This document shows positions 39,574-48,204 of a stretch of DNA of 64,000 bases, piece after piece. The stretch lies in assembly GCA_038850275.1 (NCBI GenBank), contig JAWCLZ010000002.1:38993-102992 (forward strand). The letters are read 5' to 3'. The notes beneath the pieces are model-generated. The model was not told where the DNA came from and made no database searches. It was given only the letters and a program-made list of their open reading frames with translations. Source of the stretch: Methanocellales archaeon (GTDB taxonomy: Archaea; Halobacteriota; JAWCLZ01). Position 1 is the stretch's first letter. The number at the start of each line of letters is the position of its first letter. Made by a program: the position numbers and the translations under genes.

Positions 39574-40989
39574 TTAAAATTGAGTTAACTTCAGCTGCAT
39601 AGCTCTGCATTTCTCCCCAGGTATCTCAATTGGGTAAATCCCAGTTATGCATCCAAGGCATAAATCGTCAGCTGGAATTCCTATGGATTTGATCAAGCCA
39701 TCAAAGCTGATGTAATGGAGGGAATCAGCGCCCATTAAATATTCCACTGCTTCAATTGTTTTATGTGCTGCAATTAACTCTTCCCTAGTTGCCATATCTA
39801 TACCTAGATAACAAGGGGAGATGATTGGAGGGCTTCCAACGCGATAGTGCACTTTCTTAGCCCCTCCTTCTTTAAGCATGTTTATTATTCTACGTGAAGT
39901 AGTGCCTCTAACAATGCTATCATCCACTACTATAAGTCTTTTATTCTCAATATTCTGGCGAATTACATTCAGCTTGAGTAAAACTGCTGTTTCACGCATT
40001 TCTTGAACTGGCATGATGAATGTTCGACCGACATACCGATTTTTCATGAAAGCTTCAATAAAAGGTATTCCTGAGTACCGTGAATAGCCAATTGCAAAAG
40101 TAGTCCCTGAGTCTGGCACTGGTGCAACTGCATCTGCTTCAACCCCTGCTTCTCTAGCTAGGGTTTCACCTATTCTCAAGCGAACATCGTAAACCAAGCG
40201 ACCATCAATTATAGAATCAGCTCTTGCAAAATAAACAAATTCGAAGAAGCAATGAGCTGAATTCTTAGCTTTATAAAGATGATGGAATTCAGGTGGACTT
40301 CCATCGTTTCTCAGAATCACAACTTCACCTGGTTTTACATCTCTTATTAACTTTCCCTTAAGCGTGTCTATAGCCACGCTTTCACTAGCAATGATATAGC
40401 CATCATCGATCTTGCCGATGCAAAGAGGTTTAAAGCCACAGGGGTCTCTAATTCCAATTACCATTCCATCTATAAGTACAGTTATGGAATAAGATCCATT
40501 TAAACGGCGCATCAAAATGCGAATGGCCTCCAATGGATCATTTGTCTTTATTAATTCCTTTACCAAAATATGGGCAATAACTTCGGTATCCGAGGTTGAT
40601 AGAAAAACCCTCCCCTCTGCTTCTAATTCTCTGCGGAGTTCTCTAGAGTTAACTAAATTGCCATTGTGAGCAATAGCTAGCGTGCCATTTTTATAGTTAA
40701 CTAGCATTGGCTGGGAATTCTCTAAACTTGAGCTACCTGTTGTGGAGTAGCGTACGTGTCCAATGCCAATGTTGCCCTTCAATTGAGCAAGGCGAGCTTT
40801 ATCAAAAACCTCAGGTACAAGGCCCATGCCTTTATGGAAATTCATAGTATTAGAAAAAGTAGCTATACCTGCGCTCTCTTGGCCTCTGTGCTGCACAGCA
40901 TAGAGAGCATAGTAGATGTTTAATGCAGCTAGGTAGTCGTCTTTACCCGAGTTAAGGGCAACTCCAACTACTCCGCATTTATCATGCAA
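39574..40989 (-). CDS. purF: Amidophosphoribosyltransferase
   Basis: 471 aa; N-terminal MHDKCGVVGV (Ntn Cys), PRTase domain, C-terminal Fe-S Cys residues. Confidence 0.85.
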   Translation of the reverse strand: MHDKCGVVGVALNSGKDDYLAALNIYYALYAVQHRGQESAGIATFSNTMNFHKGMGLVPEVFDKARLAQLKGNIGIGHVRYSTTGSSSLENSQPMLVNYKNGTLAIAHNGNLVNSRELRRELEAEGRVFLSTSDTEVIAHILVKELIKTNDPLEAIRILMRRLNGSYSITVLIDGMVIGIRDPCGFKPLCIGKIDDGYIIASESVAIDTLKGKLIRDVKPGEVVILRNDGSPPEFHHLYKAKNSAHCFFEFVYFARADSIIDGRLVYDVRLRIGETLAREAGVEADAVAPVPDSGTTFAIGYSRYSGIPFIEAFMKNRYVGRTFIMPVQEMRETAVLLKLNVIRQNIENKRLIVVDDSIVRGTTSRRIINMLKEGGAKKVHYRVGSPPIISPCYLGIDMATREELIAAHKTIEAVEYLMGADSLHYISFDGLIKSIGIPADDLCLGCITGIYPIEIPGEKCRAMQLKLTQF

Positions 40990-41053
40990 ACTTCCACCTT
41001 AATTAAAATTAATTGACATTTGCTTACAAATATATTTCTAAAGATGATAGTAA

Positions 41054-41227
41054 CTAGTGAAGACCTGCTTTATCCTGCCATTCATAGCTCCTCCAGCGCT
41101 TCGATCTACCAAAGCCACATGAGGCGCAATAGCGCTTGCTTATGTTATAAGAAACGCTACCACAGCGCCTACATTTAACATGCACTGGAGTATGCCTCTT
41201 GCCCTTAGATGGCGTTCCTTTGCTCAA
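41054..41227 (-). CDS. rpl37e: 50S ribosomal protein L37e (TTG start; absent from the ORF track)
   Basis: Minus-strand translation from TTG 41227 gives (M)[56 protein letters not shown]. This matches the L37e C4 zinc-ribbon family. It sits immediately downstream of the Sm gene, as is usual in archaea. Confidence 0.8.
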   Translation of the reverse strand: MSKGTPSKGKRHTPVHVKCRRCGSVSYNISKRYCASCGFGRSKRWRSYEWQDKAGLH

Positions 41228-41239
41228 TTCATCTCCTCC

Positions 41240-41458
41240 TTATGGTGAGACATAAACAATGGTATCTCCTCTTACCACGATTGTACCGAGTTTCTTGATC
41301 ACTTGACCATTGACTAATTCTTCAGCTTTATCCAAGACTAAGTTCATGTGTGGATCATAGCCTTGAAGTTCACCTCTGAACTCCCTTCCACCCTTGAGTC
41401 TAACTATCACAGGCATATTCAATGCTGCATTTAATATATCAAGAGGTCTCTGAGCCAT
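41240..41458 (-). CDS. Sm-like archaeal protein (SmAP/LSm)
   Basis: 72 aa; Sm1/Sm2 motifs ([26 protein letters not shown] ... [12 protein letters not shown]). Confidence 0.85.
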   Translation of the reverse strand: MAQRPLDILNAALNMPVIVRLKGGREFRGELQGYDPHMNLVLDKAEELVNGQVIKKLGTIVVRGDTIVYVSP

Positions 41459-41653
41459 TGCTTTCCTCCATACCTCATTTGTATTCCCTTTATATATCTT
41501 ATATATATCTCTATATCTATATCTCTATCCCCACTGGCATTTATAAAGCCTTTGAGGGTTTAAATAAGCTTCGCTGATGAATTCTTTGGGTAAAACAAAA
41601 AATTTAAACTAATGGAATTATATATAACTTGAGAAAACTGGAGCGTTATATGA

Positions 41654-42142
41654 GTGAGAATTAAATCCCGTCATTTCTTGAGAGATGATGTGGCCAAGAA
41701 AATCATAAACCAGCTAGTGAATATCTTTGGTTCAGAGATCGCGAAGTTCTTTGAAGGCAAGCAGCTTGAGTTAGCTGAAACTGATGAGCAAAGTAAATTT
41801 GTTTTAGTGGATGGTGAACCATTGATTTTCCTATTTGAAGACCAGCCTTTCCTCACACTCAAGGGCGCGTTGAAATTGAAGCCCAAGAAGAGGAGAGTTG
41901 TGATCGACATGGGCGCAGTGAAATTCATCTCCAAGGGTGCAGATATAATGTGCCCGGGAATAGTGGATGCTGATCTTGATATTCAAAAGGGTGACTTAGT
42001 GATCGTTGTAGATGAAGTGCATGGCAAGCCGCTTGCAATAGGGAGGGCTTTGATCTCAGGTGATGAAATGATGAGCGATAGGGGAAAAGCCATTAAGTCA
42101 ATGCACTACGTGGGCGATAGAATCTGGAGGATGGAGATCTAG
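41654..42142 (+). CDS. PUA-domain RNA-binding protein (MCT-1/Tma20-like)
   Basis: 162 aa; GTG start; C-terminal PUA domain (ISKGADIMCPGIV...). Confidence 0.6.
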   Translation: MRIKSRHFLRDDVAKKIINQLVNIFGSEIAKFFEGKQLELAETDEQSKFVLVDGEPLIFLFEDQPFLTLKGALKLKPKKRRVVIDMGAVKFISKGADIMCPGIVDADLDIQKGDLVIVVDEVHGKPLAIGRALISGDEMMSDRGKAIKSMHYVGDRIWRMEI

Positions 42143-42206
42143 ATCAATGCTTTAAGCAGAAAATCATAGTCCCAGCTATAGCTATAGAGCTGAGAGTTGC
42201 ATTAAA

Positions 42207-42746
42207 ATGGCTTGGGCAATTTGGATAACTGGTTTACCTAGTTGTGGGAAAACTACTATTGCAATTAAAACTAGAGAGATGCTTGAAAAAAACGGTGTAA
42301 AGGTGAAAATTCTTCAGCTTGATGAAATTAGAAGGGTTATAACTCCCAAGCCAAGGTATACAGAGGAGGAAAGGGATATAGTTTATGCTTCACTTGCATA
42401 TATGGCTAAGCTATTAACAGAATCAGGTGTGAATGTGATCATCGATGCCACTGCGCATAAGCAGAGATATAGAGATCTCGCAAGACAACTCATCCCCAGC
42501 TTTTTAGAGATCTATGTTAAATGCCCACTTGAGATCTGCATTGAGAGGGAGAGGACAAGATTCGCGGAGTATTCACCTCGAGATATATATAAAAAAGCTC
42601 GATTGCCAAGTGCAACTGTGCCAGGAGTAAACGTGGTTTATGAAGAGCCAGAGAATGCGGAGGTAACAATTGATTCAAGCAAACTCAGCCCTGAGGAGGC
42701 TGCGGATAGAATTATTAATGCAATTTTAGAGAAAGGATGGATTTGA
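42207..42746 (+). CDS. Adenylylsulfate (APS) kinase-like P-loop kinase
   Basis: 179 aa; ITGLPSCGKTT Walker A, LDEIRR and DATAHKQRYRD align with CysC GLSGSGKST / LDGDNVR / SFISPYRADR. Confidence 0.6.
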   Translation: MAWAIWITGLPSCGKTTIAIKTREMLEKNGVKVKILQLDEIRRVITPKPRYTEEERDIVYASLAYMAKLLTESGVNVIIDATAHKQRYRDLARQLIPSFLEIYVKCPLEICIERERTRFAEYSPRDIYKKARLPSATVPGVNVVYEEPENAEVTIDSSKLSPEEAADRIINAILEKGWI

Positions 42747-43564
42747 AGATGAATATTGAAAAATCAATCATAGAGATAGCGCAAGAAGTTCGAGATCGAG
42801 TTAGAGATTATGTCAAAGTGGATAAAACTTTTGGAGAGGAAATTGCCCGCCGAGGCAGCGATGTTACTAGGAAAATGGATTTATATGCAGAGAAAGCATT
42901 AGATGAGGCCTTAATGGCTCGTGATATACGGGCAAGGATAATCTCCGAGGAACTTGGGGAGAGAATAGTACCGCAGGATAAAAAGCCAGAGTGTACCTTG
43001 GTTTTTGACCCAGTGGATGGCTCAACCAATGCATTACTTGGCATTCCATATTACTGTGTCTCCCTAGCCTATTCCCCAAAGGTCAAAGATGTTTCATTTC
43101 ACGACATAGAGATAGGCGTAGTATGCGATGCTAGTGGCAAAACATATAGCGCGGTCAAGGGCAAAGGAGCAGCTTTAAATGGAAATAAGTTGTTCCCGAA
43201 GAAGTATCAAAAGCACAAGTTAGTGATGGCAATTTATACATATGGTGCAAGTAAAATACCAATGGGAGTAATCGAGCTTGAGAAAAAAGTCATCGTGCGC
43301 ATCTTCGGTGCAATTGCACTTGACCTCTGCTTGCTAGCTGAGGGCAAGCTGGATGCTGTGATTGAATCGAGGAATTTAATTAGCGCCCACGATGTACTAG
43401 CAGCTTGGCTCATTTTAAAAGAAGTAGGGGGGAGGATAACGGATTTGAATGGGAACGAGCTTGATTTAGAGGTGACTGCGAGGGGTTTCTCTTTAATTGC
43501 AACAATTGATGAAGCAACGCGGAGTGAGATATTTGAAAAGCTCAAGCTCAAGGGATTTGTTTAG
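42737..43564 (+). CDS. Inositol-monophosphatase/FBPase/CysQ family phosphatase
   Basis: 275 aa; DPVDGSTNA and the WDxAAG-equivalent (AHDVLAAWLI) IMPase-family motifs; overlaps the APS-kinase-like gene. Confidence 0.75.
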   Translation: MDLKMNIEKSIIEIAQEVRDRVRDYVKVDKTFGEEIARRGSDVTRKMDLYAEKALDEALMARDIRARIISEELGERIVPQDKKPECTLVFDPVDGSTNALLGIPYYCVSLAYSPKVKDVSFHDIEIGVVCDASGKTYSAVKGKGAALNGNKLFPKKYQKHKLVMAIYTYGASKIPMGVIELEKKVIVRIFGAIALDLCLLAEGKLDAVIESRNLISAHDVLAAWLILKEVGGRITDLNGNELDLEVTARGFSLIATIDEATRSEIFEKLKLKGFV

Positions 43565-44114
43565 TTGAAAAACTCAATAGCAGTTCTTCAAAGGAATCAT
43601 AAACCAACTTCCATTTTCCCATGGACTCAGTTCTCATTAAAATAGTATTCAGCTCTGGAAAAATACCATTGATGGCTTTTAAATCTCTGACTTCATCATC
43701 TATAAAAAAAGCCTCCCTTGGATCTATATTATAGCTTGTGAGATAATGACGCACACACTCAGCCTTGGTATAGCAGCCATAGGAGTTATAAGGCATTAGA
43801 TATATTCGCTCGATTTCATATTCATTCTTAGCCTCATAATATCTCTTGAAAAATCTATCAAGCGCGATCTTAGGGTGCTCTAAGATTTGGGTAACTATTT
43901 TCCAGTGGTTCTCGCAGATTAATACAATTTTAACATTGCTGAGTACTAAAAATTGAAGGAAATCACTTGCTCCTCGCGTTTTTATTATAATTCCATCTTC
44001 AATGTTCCTATTAAGCTGAAGTCTATTCATAAGAGAGGTGAAGCAATATTTCCCATCGCTTCTGCGCCAGAGCGTTCCATCGCCATCGAGAAAAGCAACT
44101 TTATAAGCATTCAT
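43548..44114 (-). CDS. HAD-superfamily hydrolase
   Basis: 188 aa; motif I FLDGDGTLW. Confidence 0.6.
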   Translation of the reverse strand: MNAYKVAFLDGDGTLWRRSDGKYCFTSLMNRLQLNRNIEDGIIIKTRGASDFLQFLVLSNVKIVLICENHWKIVTQILEHPKIALDRFFKRYYEAKNEYEIERIYLMPYNSYGCYTKAECVRHYLTSYNIDPREAFFIDDEVRDLKAINGIFPELNTILMRTESMGKWKLVYDSFEELLLSFSTKQIP

Positions 44115-44126
44115 TTACAATCAAAG

Positions 44127-44687
44127 TTATATTTGCAATTTTAAATAACTTTTTAAAATGGGAATACCCCATATGGCAATTAAACCTAGGGTTATAATGA
44201 TCTTTCTAAGCAATGGTATACCTTTGATTATATTCCAAATCGCTTCAGCCATCGATTGAGTCTTGGAGACTCCCCCGTAAGCGATGTTATCACGCTGCAC
44301 ATAAACATGATCTATCTGCACAATCAAAGTTGAGTTAATCTTAAGGTATTCCTGGACAGATTTAATTAGAATTGCTCTATCCTCGCAATCTCCCCTTCCA
44401 TTCTTCAAGGTCTCGCTAGGAGTTGCCCAATATTCTAAGTTGTAATAAACATCATAGTCACTTGCATAGGGTATCTTGCTCAACACATATTCCTCAACTG
44501 AGCTATTGCTATTTGTAGCTTCCATGGCAAGTTCAATCACACTTGGGTCAAATGGGTCTATGAGGGACTCTAAGCCACGTTGTGCTCTATTGATCTGCTC
44601 TATAGCTAATGATATATTTGGGAAGAGCACTATTAACACTAATGAAATTGAAATTATGAACTTGGCTGCTATAAATTTAAGCCTCAT
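44127..44687 (-). CDS. Secreted protein with transglutaminase-like core (Cys-containing GRGDCEDRAIL)
   Basis: 186 aa; N-terminal signal peptide MRLKFIAAKFIISISLVLIVLFPNISLA. Confidence 0.4.
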   Translation of the reverse strand: MRLKFIAAKFIISISLVLIVLFPNISLAIEQINRAQRGLESLIDPFDPSVIELAMEATNSNSSVEEYVLSKIPYASDYDVYYNLEYWATPSETLKNGRGDCEDRAILIKSVQEYLKINSTLIVQIDHVYVQRDNIAYGGVSKTQSMAEAIWNIIKGIPLLRKIIITLGLIAIWGIPILKSYLKLQI

Positions 44688-44753
44688 GCCACGAATTTTA
44701 GTTAAGAATTTATGCGATAAAATTTTTACCTAAGACCGATAGATTAATTTTGA

Positions 44754-45245
44754 ATGTCTCAGAAGTCTCAAAAATCTATTAAACCAGAGGATCAAAGGAT
44801 AATATCTGAGCACGAGCGATGGCAGCTGCTATGTAAGCTTGAGAAAGAATTAACATTCGCAGGGGTAAGTGTGCCTGAGTCCCTGGAGATCAAAAATGAA
44901 GTTTTCCCTCTTAAGAACTATATCTTTGAAATGGTGAAGCGAAAGGGAACGATTTCAAAGGAGGAGCAAGAAGCTGCTTATAGCTTAATTGCTGAGTTAA
45001 AGCGTAAGAGGAAAGCCTTAATTGAGGAGATAAAAAAAGCTCCTATAACTAAGGAGATGGGAAATCAACTTCTCCAGCAGATATTTGGAATCGATCGCGC
45101 CATAGAGATCCTCTATAACTTAGATAAACCCAAGCCATCACTCGTTGAAGAGGTGAAGAAAGCTAGAGTTGCTGATGAACGAAGATGGCTTGATTTAATA
45201 AAGAGGATCTCCAAAAAAGACCAATGGGATGAGAAATTGCTTTAG
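44754..45245 (+). CDS. Hypothetical coiled-coil protein
   Basis: 163 aa; K/E-rich helical; no motifs. Confidence 0.3.
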   Translation: MSQKSQKSIKPEDQRIISEHERWQLLCKLEKELTFAGVSVPESLEIKNEVFPLKNYIFEMVKRKGTISKEEQEAAYSLIAELKRKRKALIEEIKKAPITKEMGNQLLQQIFGIDRAIEILYNLDKPKPSLVEEVKKARVADERRWLDLIKRISKKDQWDEKLL

Positions 45246-45271
45246 TTTATTGATAGGTTTTAAGCTTTAAT

Positions 45272-46087
45272 TTATTGATAGGTTTTAACAACCATCACTT
45301 GACAAGGTGATTCCGCGACTACTTTATCTGCAACTGCATCTAGCAAAGCAGCATAGTTTCTATCTCTCTCAGTTGAACCAAGCATTATCAAGTTATATTT
45401 CCCCTCCCTAGCTTCTCTCAAGATCTCCTCGCTTGGCGAGCCAAATAAAACCTTTGCTTGACTTGGTACATTCAATCTCTCAAAGTGAATCTTAGCTCTA
45501 TTAATTATATTCTCAGCACTTGAGCCTCCCTCCCTCAAATTCGCTACATATAAGACAGTTGCTCTCCCTCCGTGTTTTTTAGCTAAATTAGCAGCTATTT
45601 CAGCTGCTTTCTCCGCGTGTTTATATCCAGAGGTTGGCACTAGAATTTGATTGCAATCCAAGCTTACATATTTGCGATAGCTCACCACTGCAACATCACA
45701 AGTGGCATAGCGAAGCACTTCATCCACGATATTTCCAAACAACACACCCTCAGGTTCTAAGCGCTGGCTCGAGCCCATTAAAATTAAATCGCAGCGGTCA
45801 ATCCTCGCTTCCTTAACTATTACTTCTGGGATCGATCTTGCTATGACGATTTTTGGTCTAGCTGCAATACCATTTTCAATTGCAACCGCTGCTGCTTCCT
45901 TCACTAAGTTGCGCGCTCTATCTAGTTTTTCCTCAGCTAGAGTTAATGGATGAGGCTGAGGCACAGCTATGACGTGTAATATTGTTAATCGAGCATTTGA
46001 AGTTAATAGATCCAAGGCTAATCTCACTAGTTCTCTCGCGGTGAGAACATTGCTCACTGGAATGAGGATATTTTTATACATATCCAA
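45272..46087 (-). CDS. Tandem universal stress protein (two UspA domains)
   Basis: 271 aa; two repeats each with ILVPTSG/ATCDVAVV-type Usp motifs. Confidence 0.75.
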   Translation of the reverse strand: MDMYKNILIPVSNVLTARELVRLALDLLTSNARLTILHVIAVPQPHPLTLAEEKLDRARNLVKEAAAVAIENGIAARPKIVIARSIPEVIVKEARIDRCDLILMGSSQRLEPEGVLFGNIVDEVLRYATCDVAVVSYRKYVSLDCNQILVPTSGYKHAEKAAEIAANLAKKHGGRATVLYVANLREGGSSAENIINRAKIHFERLNVPSQAKVLFGSPSEEILREAREGKYNLIMLGSTERDRNYAALLDAVADKVVAESPCQVMVVKTYQ

Positions 46088-46198
46088 CTATTAATTACAA
46101 TTACAATACTTAAATGCTACGTACTATTAGAATACATGTACTATAGATACATGCAATACTCGAACTAGAATTATAAATTCAAATTGCTCAGCTTATTT

Positions 46199-46855
46199 TT
46201 AAGCGCCAAATCTTCGGTTTCTACGTTGGAAATCTCTAATTGCTCTTAGAAAATCTATTTTTCTAAAGTCCCTCCAGCTGATATCTGTGAAGTAAAGCTC
46301 TGAGTAAACTGCTTGCCAAATTAAAAAATCAATCAAGCGCTTGCTATCTGCCCTTATTATTAAATCTGGCTCTATCTTGAAGGTTAAATGGGCCTCGATT
46401 AATTTCTCATCTATATCTTCAACTTCTATCTCCCCCGCTTTGACCTTCTTCATTATCTCTCTAATAGCATTTGTTAATTCATATTTACCTCCATATCCAA
46501 TTACTATTGTGAGCTGAGGCTGACCAGTTTTAATCTCTTGCTGCTTACCCTTGGTAAATATCGCTATGCCTATTTTAGCCATTGAGAATACTTTAGATGC
46601 AGTACTCAAAAGACTTTCCTCAACTTTTTTATTAAGATCCCCTACTTCAACAATGCTAATGTAAACAGTAATATTTTGAATTCCAATTTCACTGCACCAT
46701 TCAACAAATGCTTTAAGGCGCTTCCAAGCATTTTCCTCCATCAAGTTATCCTCAGATATAACTAAAATAATATGCTTGGGGACTCTGCCTTTTTTAACCT
46801 GCTCTAGGATTCTCCTCTCATATATCGCGGTAGCTATTTCTTTCACTATCCTCAA
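46199..46855 (-). CDS. cis-Prenyltransferase (UppS) family protein with degenerate catalytic motifs; candidate non-catalytic Nus1/NgBR-like subunit of a heteromeric cis-prenyltransferase
   Basis: 218 aa. The C-terminal half aligns with E. coli UppS (TIVIGYGGK; DLIIRADSKRLIDFLIWQAVYSELYFTDISWRDF; terminal RFG as in the R-x-G motif). The N-terminal DGNGRWA and FSSENW motifs are replaced (ISEDNLMEENAW; ISIVEV). Confidence 0.6.
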   Translation of the reverse strand: MRIVKEIATAIYERRILEQVKKGRVPKHIILVISEDNLMEENAWKRLKAFVEWCSEIGIQNITVYISIVEVGDLNKKVEESLLSTASKVFSMAKIGIAIFTKGKQQEIKTGQPQLTIVIGYGGKYELTNAIREIMKKVKAGEIEVEDIDEKLIEAHLTFKIEPDLIIRADSKRLIDFLIWQAVYSELYFTDISWRDFRKIDFLRAIRDFQRRNRRFGA

Positions 46856-46890
46856 CTCTACAGAAAGTTTATTGACTTTTAAGGATTTAA

Positions 46891-48204
46891 ATGATTAGCG
46901 TGCGCGAGGAAGTTAAAAAGCAACTTTCTTATATATCACTTGGCTTTTCAGCACTCGCGATTCCCTTTCTTGAACCTTGGCAGATTATATTCGCAATTGC
47001 TATCATTACCATCTTAATCATATACATTCCACCTAGAACTAGGTTTTTCACAGCAATAGCTCGAGAGATAGATTTAAAAGCGGGTTTTTTAATCAATGCA
47101 ACGCGTTATAGCCTCTCATTTCTCATCCTAGCGATTCTTGTTTTGATAAACTTCCCCTTGTATTTACTTAGTGCTACAATTGCAATCGTTGCATTTGGAG
47201 ATGGATTAGCTACCGTAGCTGGCTTGGTAGGAGATTTAAAGCAGGAGAAAACTCTTAGAGGTAGCCTTACCTTTTTAATCTTAGGAAGCATAGCTGCATA
47301 TCTATCTTGCTCTTGGTATATACATTGGAGAGCTACTCAAGTATCTCTTGAATCCATATTCTTCTTAGCTGTAGTAGGAAGCGCAGTTGGAGCTTTGATA
47401 GAAGCTGTTTCCACTCAAACTAACCAAGGTTTAACAGTTCCAATTGGTAGCGCTATGGCAATGTGGTTTTTTTCAACCTTGAATTACTCAGTCTCCCCTA
47501 TTTATTTGCTACTTGCGCTATCATTAACGCTTTCAATTGGCATTGCATCTTATAAATCAAATATAGCTGATTTAAGCGGCGTGTTAAGCGGCACGCTTTT
47601 GGGCATGCTGATAATCATATTCACCGATCTACGTTGGTTTCTAGTTCTCCTAGCTTTTTTAATCCTTGGGTCTGGGTTCACCAAGTATAAATATGCCTAC
47701 AAGCTCTCCATAGGCGTGGCTCAGAGCAAGGGAGGTGCTAGGGGGGCGAGTAATGTCTTTGGCAATGGATTATCTGCCTTGTTTTTTGCAATTGCATATG
47801 GTGTTTATAAACAGGAGTTATTCCTATATGCCTTTTTAGGGGCAATATCAACTGCCACTGGTGATACACTAGCGAGTGAAATTGGAGGAACAAGTAAAAA
47901 ACTCCCTGTTTTAATTACTAATTTAAAGCCAGTGCCCCATGGTACAAGTGGGGGGATAACCCTACTTGGCGAGCTTGCTTGCGCACTTGGAGCTGCTTCG
48001 ATTGGGATGTTAGCTATAGCCTTGGCAATGGGTAGTGATTTAGAGCTATTGATATTCACTTTAATAAGTGGAATAGCCGGTGCTAATATAGATAGCTTGC
48101 TTGGAGCCACTCTTGAGAAAAAATATCTCTCGAACTCGATGACAAATCTAGCTGCCACTTTCTTTGGAGGATTAACCTCAGCTACCTTCTTCCTCCTCCT
48201 TTGA
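46891..48204 (+). CDS. Polytopic membrane protein (>=10 TM); C-terminal half DUF92/COG1836-like
   Basis: 437 aa; very hydrophobic; SKGGARGASNVFGNG region resembles DUF92; starts 35 nt from the cis-PT-like gene in divergent orientation. Confidence 0.4.
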   Translation: MISVREEVKKQLSYISLGFSALAIPFLEPWQIIFAIAIITILIIYIPPRTRFFTAIAREIDLKAGFLINATRYSLSFLILAILVLINFPLYLLSATIAIVAFGDGLATVAGLVGDLKQEKTLRGSLTFLILGSIAAYLSCSWYIHWRATQVSLESIFFLAVVGSAVGALIEAVSTQTNQGLTVPIGSAMAMWFFSTLNYSVSPIYLLLALSLTLSIGIASYKSNIADLSGVLSGTLLGMLIIIFTDLRWFLVLLAFLILGSGFTKYKYAYKLSIGVAQSKGGARGASNVFGNGLSALFFAIAYGVYKQELFLYAFLGAISTATGDTLASEIGGTSKKLPVLITNLKPVPHGTSGGITLLGELACALGAASIGMLAIALAMGSDLELLIFTLISGIAGANIDSLLGATLEKKYLSNSMTNLAATFFGGLTSATFFLLL

